NCBI GenBank assembly: GCA_963806225.1
Contig: CAWDXG010000004.1
Location: 2,752,001-2,816,000, forward strand
Origin: an uncultured delta proteobacterium
GTDB taxonomy: Bacteria; Myxococcota_A; Polyangia; Polyangiales; Polyangiaceae
Direction of reading: 5' to 3'
DNA: 64,000 bases
The translations under genes and the position numbers were made by a program. The notes beneath the pieces were generated by a model. That model made no database searches. It was not told where the DNA came from and saw only the letters and a program-made list of their open reading frames with translations. Positions within the stretch are counted from its first letter, which is position 1. Each line of letters starts with the position of its first letter. Positions 49,476-59,900 of this stretch are shown here, in pieces.

Positions 49476-49671
49476 GGCGCTTCACCGAAAAGGGCGCGGG
49501 TTCCACTCTGCGCGAGGGGCTAGTGCGCACACGCGTGCGACGCTCCGCGTCGCATTGGCGCTTCCGTGTCTTGTGCATCCAACGAAGACGCCCCGGAAAA
49601 GAAGCCCCCATGATGAGTGCACCCGCCGCTGCGGCCACGGCGATGACGCGCCGCCGGCTATCCACCTTCAT
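49468..49671 (-). CDS. Putative small exported/membrane protein between actA and actB (67 aa)
   Basis: GAGGAG RBS, MKVDSRRRVIAVAAAAGALIMGAS...; stop overlaps the actB start. Confidence 0.45.
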   Translation of the reverse strand: MKVDSRRRVIAVAAAAGALIMGASFPGRLRWMHKTRKRQCDAERRTRVRTSPSRRVEPAPFSVKRHA

Positions 49672-49694
49672 ATCTCGACACTCCTCACGTGCGG

Positions 49695-50264
49695 TTACCG
49701 GTGACATGCAGAGCAATCCGTAGGCCCCTGCTTGATTGCGGAGCCGGAAGGTAGATAGCGCCGGGGATCCCGGTGGCACCCCAGGCACTGCCCCATGCGC
49801 ATGTTCATCACGCGCGTGAGCACGTCCATGTTCTGCACGCGGCCATGACACGTCTGGCACTGGATGCCGACATCCACGTGCGACCGGTGATCGAAGTACA
49901 CATAGTCGGGCAGGTGATAGACGCGCTTCCACGCCACGGGCGCGTCGGACTTCAACGGACCTGTCACGGCCTTCTCGATGGGCTTCTGGTCGGGCAGCGC
50001 GATGGACCGGTGGCAGTTCATGCAGGTCTGGACAGCGGGTAGGGTCGCGTCCCGGCTGCGATCCGCATTCGTGTGGCAGTACCCGCACGGCACCTTGTTC
50101 TTGCCGGCGTGCACGCGGTGCGAAAAAGGTATGGGCTGTTTGGGCGCGTAGCCGATCGCATAGCGGGCCGGCTCGACCGCCCACCCCACCACGACCATCG
50201 TGGTGACGACGGCGAACACGCCCAATGGCATCACCACATGCCAGAACCGATCGCGCGGATGCAT
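49695..50264 (-). CDS. actA: Alternative complex III subunit A, pentaheme cytochrome c
   Basis: TM anchor, QPIPFSH..HAG, five CxxCH motifs (CGYCH, CMNCH, CQTCH, CLGCH, CSACH). Confidence 0.95.
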   Translation of the reverse strand: MHPRDRFWHVVMPLGVFAVVTTMVVVGWAVEPARYAIGYAPKQPIPFSHRVHAGKNKVPCGYCHTNADRSRDATLPAVQTCMNCHRSIALPDQKPIEKAVTGPLKSDAPVAWKRVYHLPDYVYFDHRSHVDVGIQCQTCHGRVQNMDVLTRVMNMRMGQCLGCHRDPRRYLPSGSAIKQGPTDCSACHR

Positions 50265-50350
50265 AGCTAGCTGGACCTCGACGAGGACGTAACGAGTTGG
50301 GCTGTTCCGGAAGCAAAGTCGCGCTTCCAGAGGAAAGCGCAGTTCTTACT

Positions 50351-50366
50351 TGCAGCGCGCATGCCA
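50351..50366 (-). promoter_or_regulatory. sigma54 (-24/-12) promoter of the act operon
   Basis: Minus strand TGGCATG-cgcg-CTGCA with exact GG-N10-GC spacing, about 90 nt upstream of actA. Confidence 0.72.
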
Positions 50367-50798
50367 CGATCCGAAGCGCGCAGTGCTTGCGGAGCAACTT
50401 GCGACGATCAAGCCCACAATTGCACTTCGGGCGCGTCGTCACGCCGACCGCGCCTCGAATGCGTCAAAAGGACGCGCCCGAAATCAACTCACGCAGCATG
50501 TGCGCGAAACGAGAGTCTGGTGGGCGTATATTCAGCCAATGTCGAGTTGCCGATGGGCAACACGAACCGTAGGGAAGCATCGAGCAGCCCTCACCAGCCG
50601 CCCGTCGGGTGCCCCGACACGAGGCGGTCGGCTTGTCGTAGAGAACGATCAAGACAGGAATGCACGGACCACCCGCCGCAACCTGGCGTTTCCGCCAGGC
50701 GGCGAGACACTGGGAATTCATGCTGCCGCGGCGCCTTGCAACCCGTCTGGAGAGCGCCAACGCGCGGGAGCGGGTTGCAGCCGCGCCAGTCTCTTGAT

Positions 50799-52130
50799 CT
50801 ATGTCCGGTACTTGGCGAGCTTGCGATACAGCGTGGTCGGGTCGATACCCAGCGACTCGGCCGCGCGGTCGCGGTTGCCGCCCATGGCGCTGAGCACGCC
50901 CGCGATGTGATCGCGTTCGAAGCGCGCGACGGCAGCCCGGAGCTCGATGGCGTCGGAGGCCATCGTACGGAGCTCGGCCGGCAGGTGATCCGGTTCGATG
51001 CAGTCGCCGGCCAGGATCGTCGCGCGCTCTACCAGGTTCGACAGCTCGCGTACGTTGCCCGGCCAGGCGTAGGTGAGCAGCAATCGCATAGCGGCATTGG
51101 ACACGCGCGGAGGCTTTCTGCCCAGGGCGAGCGCATGCTGCAGCACGAAGTGGAAGACCAGATCCGGGATGTCCTCGCGCCGCTCGCGCAGTGTCGGCAG
51201 CTTGATCTCGAACACGTTCAAGCGGAAGTACAGGTCCGCGCGGAACTGCCCTTCGTCCACCCGTTGCTTCAGATCGCGGTTCGTCGCGGTGATCAGCCGG
51301 AATTCCGCTGGCACCGGCCGCTCGGCCCCCACCGGCAGCACCTCGCGCGACTCGATGGCCCTGAGCAACTTGGCCTGCGACCCGAGTGGGAGATCCCCGA
51401 CCTCGTCGAGGAACACGGTGCCACCCCGGACGCTGCGCAGCACGCCATCGCGACGGCGATCCGCGCCCGTAAATGCGCCCTTCTCGTGGCCGAAGAGCTG
51501 TGCTTCTACCAAGTCCTCCGGGATCGCTGCCATGTTGACAGCGATCAGCTCGCGCTCCGAGAGGCTGGATCGCGCATGGATCGCCCGCGCAACGAGCTCC
51601 TTACCTGTTCCGCTTTCGCCCGTGACCAGCACGGACGACGGAGTGGGCGCCACCTTCTCGACCAGCTCGAAGACGCCGTGCATCGGCGGACTGCTCCCCA
51701 CAATCCCCTGGAAACCCAGGCGCCGGTGCAGGTCCCGCCGGAGCCGCAGCACTTCCTGGCGCAACGAGCTGAACTCCATCAGCTTCTTGAGCTTCGAGAG
51801 CACGTCCTCCGGCACGACCGGCTTGAACAAGTAGTCGTACGCGCCAAGGCGCAACGCCTCGATCGCCGAATCGACCGAAGCATAGGCGGTCACGACGATC
51901 ACGAAGGTTTCCGGACGTTCCGCGACGATACGACGCAGCAGCGTGATGCCGTCCATTTTCGGCATACGGATGTCGGCGATGACGACCGCAACGTCGGTTT
52001 CGAGGACCCGCGCCAGCGCAGCCTCGCCGTCGGGAGCGCCTTCGGCCTCGTATCCAGCCCGCCGCAGGAACTGGCAGAACGCGAGCCGCTGGGGTTCCTC
52101 GTCTTCGGCAACGAGCACCAGATCACTCAC
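50799..52130 (-). CDS. NtrC-family sigma54-dependent response regulator
   Basis: Receiver (EDE, DIRMP, KP), GESGTGKE, GAFTGA, LDEVG, FRADLYFRL, WPGNVREL, C-terminal HTH. Confidence 0.97.
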   Translation of the reverse strand: MSDLVLVAEDEEPQRLAFCQFLRRAGYEAEGAPDGEAALARVLETDVAVVIADIRMPKMDGITLLRRIVAERPETFVIVVTAYASVDSAIEALRLGAYDYLFKPVVPEDVLSKLKKLMEFSSLRQEVLRLRRDLHRRLGFQGIVGSSPPMHGVFELVEKVAPTPSSVLVTGESGTGKELVARAIHARSSLSERELIAVNMAAIPEDLVEAQLFGHEKGAFTGADRRRDGVLRSVRGGTVFLDEVGDLPLGSQAKLLRAIESREVLPVGAERPVPAEFRLITATNRDLKQRVDEGQFRADLYFRLNVFEIKLPTLRERREDIPDLVFHFVLQHALALGRKPPRVSNAAMRLLLTYAWPGNVRELSNLVERATILAGDCIEPDHLPAELRTMASDAIELRAAVARFERDHIAGVLSAMGGNRDRAAESLGIDPTTLYRKLAKYRT

Positions 52131-54316
52131 GATTCTACCTCCTCGGTTGCGTCGCTGCGCAGCGGGATGCGGATGGCGAAGGTCGTGCCGTCCGGAGTCG
52201 ACTTCTCGAGCGCGATCTCGCCACCCAGTGCCTCTACGATCCCCCGGCTCACGAATAGCCCTAGCCCTGTGCCGCGCCCCGGCGGCTTGGTGGTGAAGAA
52301 CGGCTCGAAGATGTGGTCGGCGATCGAGGGGTCCAGACCGCCGCCCGTGTCGCGCACGCGGACAACCGCCATGGTGTCCTCGGTGCTTGTCTCGAAAACG
52401 AGAGTGCCGCTCCCGCCCATCGAGTCCAGCCCGTTGATGCCCAGATTCAACAGAACCTGGGTCAGATGGTCCTCCTTGGCGCGGATGAAGGGCACGTTTT
52501 CCGCGAGGGAAAGCTCGATCTGGCAGTTCTTGGCGCGAGGATCGTGACCGAGCAGGCGCGCCACATCCCGCACGACCTGGTTCGGTCCGACGGTGACTTC
52601 CTCACCCCGCTTGCGCTGCGTGACGCTCGCCAGATCGCGAAGCAACTCCGAAATGCGGCGGACCTCGCGTTCCACTGCTCTGAGCATCGGTTCGGCCTGT
52701 CCGACTTCGCCGGTTTCCCTGGCCATGCTGAGCTGCCACTGGATGGAGGCCAGTGGGTTGCCGATCTCGTGCGCCATGCCCGCTGCGAGCAGACCGAAAG
52801 CCGCCATTTTCTCGTGATGCATGGTCTGCGCGAGAAGGCTCCGTTCCGCAGTCACGACCCGCTCGATGCACACCGCCGACTCGACCTGGCCGGATCCGCC
52901 GAACACGGGAAAGGCTTCCAGATGCACGATTTGAGCGCTACCGGCGAGCTTGAGCGCGCGATCGGCCGCAGCGGGACGCGCGGTTTCGAAGGCCTGTTGC
53001 ACCGGCTTGTCCGCATCCGGCCCCGCGTGGGATTGCAGGATCTCCCGATAGGACGCGCCCACCAGATCGCTGCCGTGCGCGCGCAGGGCGGCGCGATTGG
53101 CGCTGATCAAGCGCAGCGTACGGTCGACGACCACCACGGGCTGGTCGATGGAGTTGAGCAGCAGCTCGGCGAACACCGTTCGTTCGGTGACGCGGCGCTC
53201 GAGAGCTTCGTGGGACTCTTTCAACGCCGTGCTCATGCGGTTGAACGTCACCACGAGATCGGCGACCTCGGCGGGTCCGCCGGCGGGGACCAGCTCGCCG
53301 AGAACGCCCGAGGACGCGCGCCGTGCGGCATCCACCAACCGACCGAGTGGGCGAACGACCGAGTGTCCGGCGCCGTAGGCCAGAAGCGCCACGACGACCA
53401 CGAGCAGCATGCCGAGCAGCGTGGCCCGCCACTTCAGGCGGTCGAGAACGCCCATGACGTGGGCCAGCGGGACTTCGACCAGCACGGACCAGCCGAGCTT
53501 GGGAATCGGGGTGTACGCCGCGATCGCATCGTCGCCAGAAGCGAGCGCGTAGCGCCCCGACCAGGCGACGTTTCCGAACAGGGGACGTGAATACGACGGG
53601 GGCAGAGCGGGCTTCGCTTGCCCCCGGCCCAGGTGCTCGAAGGATCCGCAGATGACGTGTCCGTCACCGTCGAGCAGATACAGTTCCGCGTTGGGGGTCC
53701 GGCTACTGTGCGCCGCGACCAGGTCGTCGTGCACGTCGAACGCGAACCTGCCGCACAGAACACCCAGGTACGTCAGGGCGCCGTCGTGGATCGGGAATCC
53801 GAGGAGCAGGTCCGGTTCGGCCCTCTTGAACTGGATGGTAGCCACCGCGGTGCCGGTCTGGCCGGCGCGGAAACAGGGGCTGGTCCAGAGCTGGGACTCG
53901 ACGGCACGCTGCGCGTTCGACGAGCCGAGCAGGTTGCCCTGCGGCGAGACCACGAACAGTTCGTCCGTTGCGTGATTGTGAGCGGCTTTGGCGAGCAGGT
54001 GCTTGTGCAGCTGGGCTTCAGCCGCCTGCCGGATCTCGGGATCGTCGCTGAGCAATAGTGTGCGCAGCATTGTGAAAAGGTGCTGATTATCCGCCAGCGT
54101 CGTCTTCAGGAAGGCTTGCTGGTTCTTCACGAAGTCGGTCGTGCGCGAAGCCTCCAGCGCCGCCACATTCCGGAGATTCAGCATCGCGCTGTCCGAAATG
54201 AGCTCGCGAGCCGTTAGGTAGCCCCAGATATTCGAGATCACGAGGGGCCCGAGCGAGAACAGAACCAGCAAGAAAACCAGCTGGCGGCTCAGGGCGCGCG
54301 GTTTCGGGGGCGACAT
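52127..54316 (-). CDS. Sensor histidine kinase (TM-Cache-like-TM-HAMP-PAS-HisKA-HATPase)
   Basis: AHEIGNPL, QVLLNL..N, DTGGG, FEPFFTTK, GTGLGL; GTGA overlap with the regulator. Confidence 0.95.
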   Translation of the reverse strand: MSPPKPRALSRQLVFLLVLFSLGPLVISNIWGYLTARELISDSAMLNLRNVAALEASRTTDFVKNQQAFLKTTLADNQHLFTMLRTLLLSDDPEIRQAAEAQLHKHLLAKAAHNHATDELFVVSPQGNLLGSSNAQRAVESQLWTSPCFRAGQTGTAVATIQFKRAEPDLLLGFPIHDGALTYLGVLCGRFAFDVHDDLVAAHSSRTPNAELYLLDGDGHVICGSFEHLGRGQAKPALPPSYSRPLFGNVAWSGRYALASGDDAIAAYTPIPKLGWSVLVEVPLAHVMGVLDRLKWRATLLGMLLVVVVALLAYGAGHSVVRPLGRLVDAARRASSGVLGELVPAGGPAEVADLVVTFNRMSTALKESHEALERRVTERTVFAELLLNSIDQPVVVVDRTLRLISANRAALRAHGSDLVGASYREILQSHAGPDADKPVQQAFETARPAAADRALKLAGSAQIVHLEAFPVFGGSGQVESAVCIERVVTAERSLLAQTMHHEKMAAFGLLAAGMAHEIGNPLASIQWQLSMARETGEVGQAEPMLRAVEREVRRISELLRDLASVTQRKRGEEVTVGPNQVVRDVARLLGHDPRAKNCQIELSLAENVPFIRAKEDHLTQVLLNLGINGLDSMGGSGTLVFETSTEDTMAVVRVRDTGGGLDPSIADHIFEPFFTTKPPGRGTGLGLFVSRGIVEALGGEIALEKSTPDGTTFAIRIPLRSDATEEVES

Positions 54317-54400
54317 GGTTCTCGGCTCGGCCCGGAAGACGCAGTGTCGCCTCCGGATGGCAGCCGCACAGATCTGCAAGGCTACGCGAGGTCGTCGTGG

Positions 54401-54416
54401 TGCAACCGATGTGCCC
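54401..54416 (-). promoter_or_regulatory. sigma54 promoter of the kinase/regulator operon
   Basis: Minus strand GGGCACA-tcgg-TTGCA, GG-N10-GC. Confidence 0.75.
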
Positions 54417-54490
54417 GCGAATCCGGCCCCATGAGCGCCATCATGCGCGCGCGTCGAGACCGGCGCGCGCGCAAGCGCGAACGCGTCTCG

Positions 54491-55690
54491 TCAAGCCGCC
54501 GGGCGGAGATCCAGGTGTAGCTCTCCGAGGAGACTCATCAGGTCGTTGCCCGATGCGGGAATGCAGGAGAGCAGCCGATCGGCGTTCTGGGCAGCCCAGT
54601 CGTCGGAGTCGTCCCGCGGCGCCAACCGGCTCGAGATCCCGAGCATCGAAAGCCACTCGCTGCGCCAGCGCTCGTCGTATTCGCGCAGCAGATCCCGATC
54701 GGTGCTGCCCGCACGCGTGGCGGAGATCCGCTTCGCCAGATCGTGGACTTCGCGCAAGCCGATATTCATGCTCTGCACGCCCACGGGGCTGGTTCCGTGC
54801 GCTGCGTCGCCAGCGAGCCAGATGCGGCCGTGGCCGTAGCGATCGACCAGATACTGCCCGAAGCGGGCGGTATGCGACCAGACAAGCTCGCTCGGCGGGG
54901 AGCCGAACCAGGGCGCGCGCGCGGCGAGCAGGTCGGTGAGCTCCGAAGAACCCCCAGACCATGACTCGTCGACCTCGAAGCTCCAGCGCCCGCGCTCGGG
55001 GCCGATTGGCCACAACACGTTGCTCGCCGCGCCGTGCAGCACCACGCGGTTCGCGTCGGCCACGTCCATCTCCGCCGGGAATTCGAAGACGGAGAACCAC
55101 TGCGTAGGCCGCGCTTCGGAGACCGGAATCCGCTGGGAACGGCGGACGAATGACTCGTAGCCGTCGGCGCCGATCACGTAGGTCGCGCGGACGTTGTGGA
55201 CGCGGTCCAGGCTCCACTCCGTGTGGGCGACGCCGTAGCCGACAGACGCCTTGTCCATCTGCGCCACCTCGACTTCGACGTAGTCCGGATGCGCCTCCAT
55301 GCTCAGCGCCTGGTGGCCGTGCAGCACGCGGACGCCGCGCTTGGCTAGCGCCCTCCGGAGCACGTCTTCCAGATCCGCCTGCGGGACGACCAGCACGTAC
55401 GGGAAAGCGCCCTCGATCTTGCTGAAATCCAGCGTCGCCACCGGCTTGCCAGCGTCGTAGAAGACCTGCCGCTCGATGCGCTGCCCCTTCGGCAGGAGGT
55501 AGCGGGTGAGTCCCACTTCGTCGAGCAGGCGCAGCGACTCGGGGTGCAGCGCCAGGCCATAGCTGTGTTCGACGCCGTGGTCGTCCTTGTCGATGACCTG
55601 CACGTCCAGGCCGCGCGCGGTCAGCGCGAGCGCGGCATACATTCCCACTGGGCCGCCGCCGATGACGAGCACTTCGGTTGCCTTCTTCAT
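54491..55690 (-). CDS. FAD-dependent monooxygenase (PheA/TfdB-like, FAD_binding_3)
   Basis: IGGGPVG, IGADG, LAGDAAH...GVQSMNIG. Confidence 0.9.
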   Translation of the reverse strand: MKKATEVLVIGGGPVGMYAALALTARGLDVQVIDKDDHGVEHSYGLALHPESLRLLDEVGLTRYLLPKGQRIERQVFYDAGKPVATLDFSKIEGAFPYVLVVPQADLEDVLRRALAKRGVRVLHGHQALSMEAHPDYVEVEVAQMDKASVGYGVAHTEWSLDRVHNVRATYVIGADGYESFVRRSQRIPVSEARPTQWFSVFEFPAEMDVADANRVVLHGAASNVLWPIGPERGRWSFEVDESWSGGSSELTDLLAARAPWFGSPPSELVWSHTARFGQYLVDRYGHGRIWLAGDAAHGTSPVGVQSMNIGLREVHDLAKRISATRAGSTDRDLLREYDERWRSEWLSMLGISSRLAPRDDSDDWAAQNADRLLSCIPASGNDLMSLLGELHLDLRPAA

Positions 55691-55768
55691 GGTCCGACTC
55701 CGGGCTTGGGGGGTTGGGCGCACCCGTATCGATCGGGCGCGCATGGCCGATGAGCCTGTCGACGGACT

Positions 55769-55784
55769 TGCAACTCGCGTGCCT
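55769..55784 (-). promoter_or_regulatory. sigma54 promoter of the monooxygenase gene
   Basis: Minus strand AGGCACG-cgag-TTGCA, near-consensus. Confidence 0.8.
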
Positions 55785-56016
55785 CGCGATGCTTGCGCTC
55801 TCCGAGTTGCCGGACGTCACGAAAGCGATGCGCGATCGCGCGTAATTGACCGATCACAACCGCGCGCTCGCATCCCGGTCAGCGCGCGTGCCCCACGCCG
55901 TGGCTGCTCTTGGCCCGTGGCCAACGGCCCCCGCCAGGTCGGCGCCACCCTCGCGCTCCCCGTCATCGCCCTGGCGCCGCCTGGTGTGCGACGGCGGTCG
56001 TGGTTATTGGGAAGGC

Positions 56017-56994
56017 ATGCGCCGATGGAGAGTCGTCGCCACGCTGATCGTGGCGACGATCGCGGCGGGAGCGCTTTCGCTCCTGCCCGTGGGAGGTACG
56101 CTCGCGCACGCACGAGGGCCGAACAATCCAGCACCGTCGATGGACCTGTCCGCCTTCTCCGACGCGCCCCCCGGCCGCCATCTGCGCGTCCTGTTCATCC
56201 ATCACTCGATCGGGGGTCATCTGCTGGCCCGGCACGGCCCGCCGGTCGGAGGCGCCCACGACATCTGGCAGTCGCACCCGAACGGCGGCGGCATGCGCGA
56301 CCTGCTCGAGGCCGCCGGCTACGAGGTGCACGAAGCCTCCTACGACAGCCGCGTCGGCAACGACACGGACATGTTCGACTGGCTGCCCAAGTTCGGCGAC
56401 CACATGGACGAGGTGCTCCGGGTCGACTTGCAGGACAAACGGCTGCCGAAGGGCGAGCACAACGACGTGGTGATGTTCAAGTCCTGCTTCCCGAACAGCT
56501 ACTTCGTCGGGGAAGGACGCGCCCCCGGCAACCCGCGCGGCCCCGAGCTGACGGTCGCGAATGCCAAGGCCACCATGACGGCGGTGCGCGCCAAGCTCGA
56601 GAAGCACCCCGAGGTGCTCTTCGTCTACTTCACCACGCCGCCCCAGGCGCCCCGCATCGAGCCCCAGCCCGCCTGGAAGTGGCTGGCCAGGAAGATGCTC
56701 GGGCGCCACCGGGGTCCGGCCGCCCTGCGGCGCAGCGGGGATCTCGCCCGCGAGTTCGCCGACTGGATGAAAGCTCCGAACGGCTGGCTCCGCGGCTACC
56801 CGGAGCAGAACATCGTGGTCTTCGACTACTACGACGTGTTGACGGGCAACGGCGTCTCGAACCTGCTCCACTATCCGACGCGCAACGGCTACGACTCCCA
56901 CCCCTCGTCGGTCGGCCAGCGCCAGGCAGCGGCGAAGCTCGTGCCGTTCCTCAATCGCGCCGTCCGCCGCGCCGGGCTGCTTGCAGTCCGTTGA
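56017..56994 (+). CDS. Secreted protein, SGNH-hydrolase-like
   Basis: Signal peptide; LFIHHSIG near the N-terminus, VVMFKSCFP, C-terminal DSHP..G (DxH-type). The fold is an inference. Confidence 0.65.
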   Translation: MRRWRVVATLIVATIAAGALSLLPVGGTLAHARGPNNPAPSMDLSAFSDAPPGRHLRVLFIHHSIGGHLLARHGPPVGGAHDIWQSHPNGGGMRDLLEAAGYEVHEASYDSRVGNDTDMFDWLPKFGDHMDEVLRVDLQDKRLPKGEHNDVVMFKSCFPNSYFVGEGRAPGNPRGPELTVANAKATMTAVRAKLEKHPEVLFVYFTTPPQAPRIEPQPAWKWLARKMLGRHRGPAALRRSGDLAREFADWMKAPNGWLRGYPEQNIVVFDYYDVLTGNGVSNLLHYPTRNGYDSHPSSVGQRQAAAKLVPFLNRAVRRAGLLAVR

Positions 56995-59900
56995 ACGTGC
57001 CGACGAGAACCAGCGCCGCGTGCGGCGACCCGCTGGCGGAAGCGTAGTGCTGCACGAAGACGCCGCGAAAGCGCGTGGACGTCCCCACGGCGACCTCTGT
57101 CGCGAACGGCGTGACGAAATAGACGGGATTGGCTGCGGTCCCCAGAACTCCGATCGCGTGCCCGCCCCGGCGGCGAATCAGAGAGACTCGACCCGTGATC
57201 GCGATCACCTTGCCGCGCGCTCGGTCCGGGTCGTTCGCTGCGACGGCGAAAGGGACGGACGGGATGTGGTCGAGGGTCGACTCGCCCCCTAGCCTCACAG
57301 CCTCCGCAACACTACCGACGACGAGCGAGTCGAACGCGACCCCGTCGGTGCCCCCTCTTGCCGCCGCCACGACCACCGGCGCGTACGCGATGCCGCGCAG
57401 ACGCGTGCGCTCGCCCGCATCCGCTGCGCTCCGGAGCAGAATCGCGAGGGACGCGCCGTCGCACGAGCGCGCTTCGTCGCCGCATTGTGCGGCTAGCGCT
57501 CTCGCCTCTTTTCGGCGCACCTCGCGAGTCATCGCGTTGTACCGAGCGAGCTGCCCGGCAGCCTCGGTCTGGCGCTTGGCGGCCGCTGCCGCGTTCCTCA
57601 GGCCCGCTTTCTTGCGCTCGAACCAGCGGTCAGGCCCCAGGATCACCAGACCCGTCGCGCCATCCGCCAGGTCGTAGCCCAGGTCCATCCAGCCGAGGTT
57701 CAGGAGTACGGCCCCGTCCTGACGCCCGCCCCGCTTCGCGTACTCCGCCTGCACGGCCTTGCCGCTTCCGCGTGCGACCAGCGAGCGCACTTCGAACGAC
57801 GACTGGCTGAGCCGCACCTCCGCGTCAGCCTGGAGGCGCGGCATGCGGAAGATGTTGGCGGCCCAGGCCGGGACGCCCAGGTTCTGTTCTACGACGGCTA
57901 TCGCAGGGTTCGCGTCCTTGGCCGTGAGGTGTGCCTTTGTCACGAAGAAAAGACGCGGCCTCGTGCGTAGCGTCGCTGTCCGCAGAAGAACGTTTCCCCA
58001 CCACGCTCCCTGGCGCGTGGGCGCGTGACCCGTTCCGGCGCGCGTGATCCTGAGCGTGGTGCCTGACAGATCCGTGTAGCCTTCCGCGCCCACCCTGGTG
58101 CGGGCGCTCACGCGGGCCGCGACATCCGCGAAGAGCTTCGTCGAGCCGACGCGGGCCCGGACTCTTCGCAGAACTAGTTGCCCGCGGCCCCGCAGCGACA
58201 ACGAACCCAGGTCGACGTGGGCGCGGAGCTTTGCGGTACCTCTGCCACCCTCGAGGCCGACGCCCCCGGGCAGCGGGAGCAGCTCGCGCAATCTGCCCAG
58301 GTCTACGAGCTCGGCGCGCGGCAGATCTATCGAGAGCTGGCCGCGCAAGCGCGACCGCGCGCTCGTGAACCGGGGGGCGACCAGCTCGAGCGACGGAACA
58401 ACGAGAACGGCGGCGCCGCTCCGGGCGGCCCCGACGGAGACGTCGCGAAGCACGACGTTGCTGCCGGAAAGATCGAAAGTGCGGCTTGCCCATGTGCCAC
58501 GCCGCATCTCGACATGGGCCTCCAGCTTGCCTGCCAATGCGGCGCGACCCCGCCGGACTGCAATATCGGTCGCGCTCACGGTGGCCGCACCGGCGACCCA
58601 TCCGCCGGAGAGTGAAACCTCGAGCCGCGGGACAACGCTCGTGATGTCGGCCGTCAGTCGGTCGGCTCCGTGCTCCACGCGGAAATGTCGCGCCGAGAAG
58701 TGCAGCCGCGCTCGAGCGTGCCGCTTTGCAACCGATCCCTCTGCGTGGCCACCGGCGGTCACCTTTCCCGACCGGACGACGAAGCTCGAGATCGACGGAA
58801 AGAGGTCCCGCCACAGGCCGATGTCGCTTGTCTCGGCACCGCTGACATCGAGGCTGAAGCGCGCGTCGCCTAGCAGCTGCGCCAGATGGAGCTTTCGGCC
58901 GGTCAACGTTGTCGCAATCGAAACGACGCGTGCCCGTTCCACGCCGAGGCGGGAGACGCGAAGGCCGGAGAGGTGGGTGCGCAGGGTGGCGAGGTCACGA
59001 TGGATGCCGAGCTCGTTCACAATCGTCGCCTCGAAGGCCAGCCCGCTCGCCTCGAGCCTGCAGTCCGTCGACTTGCCCAGGACGCGAGTTCCGTCAGCGA
59101 GCTTCCCGTGATCCAGGACCAGATTGGCGTCGAAGCGCTCTTCGCATCGCGGTGAGCGAACGCGGCTCCGTGGCGCGAAGGAGTGCAGCGCGCCGGCGAG
59201 CATAGCGCGTCCGCGAAGCTCCCCGCGATAGGAGATATGATCGAATAGCGTGCGCACTTTCATCTGTCGCAGACCGAGCGGATGTACCGTCGCCTCGAAC
59301 GATCCAGCGAGCCCGGTGACGAGAGGGTGGCTCCCATACGAAAGGTCGACCTGGTGCGCGTCCACCGTCGCCGGCCCGACATCGAGCCATCTGAGCGGGC
59401 GAAACAACCACCGCCCGCGTATGCGCGAATCGCCTTCCGAGCGCACGGTCTGGATCCAGACCTCGCGCACGTGGTCCACGTCGACGTTCTCGAGGTCCAC
59501 CATCCACAGGTTGTAGTTCGCATCCGTGAGCGGCGGTGGTTCGGGCCCCGTACCCAACAGCGGGGGATCAGCGAAGCCCGCGATCGGGGGCAGCGCCGCC
59601 ATGACGGCTGGGGTCACGTCTCGACGATGGAGCCGCAATCGCGCACGGAGCGAGAGCCCGCTCGCACGCACACGTGTCGCATGGAATTCGTGATGCAGGA
59701 GATCGAGGAGAGAGATCTTGACGTTGACGTGGTCGAGGGTCAGGCGCCATTCCACGCTCCGGTCCCGCCCCCGGATCGTCAGGCCCTCGACGTGAGCTTG
59801 ACCGGGGAAGTACGAGTACGCGCTCGCGTAGTCAAAACGCAGCTCCGAGGCGTTCCCGGTGATGGCGAAGTTGACCGACGAGCCGCTAGTGGCGTTGCGA

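Noticed and set aside
50520..50700. Hairpins and short ORFs between the regulator and actA
   Set aside because: Imperfect GC-rich stems and ORFs without RBS or coding-like codon use; not distinguishable from background.
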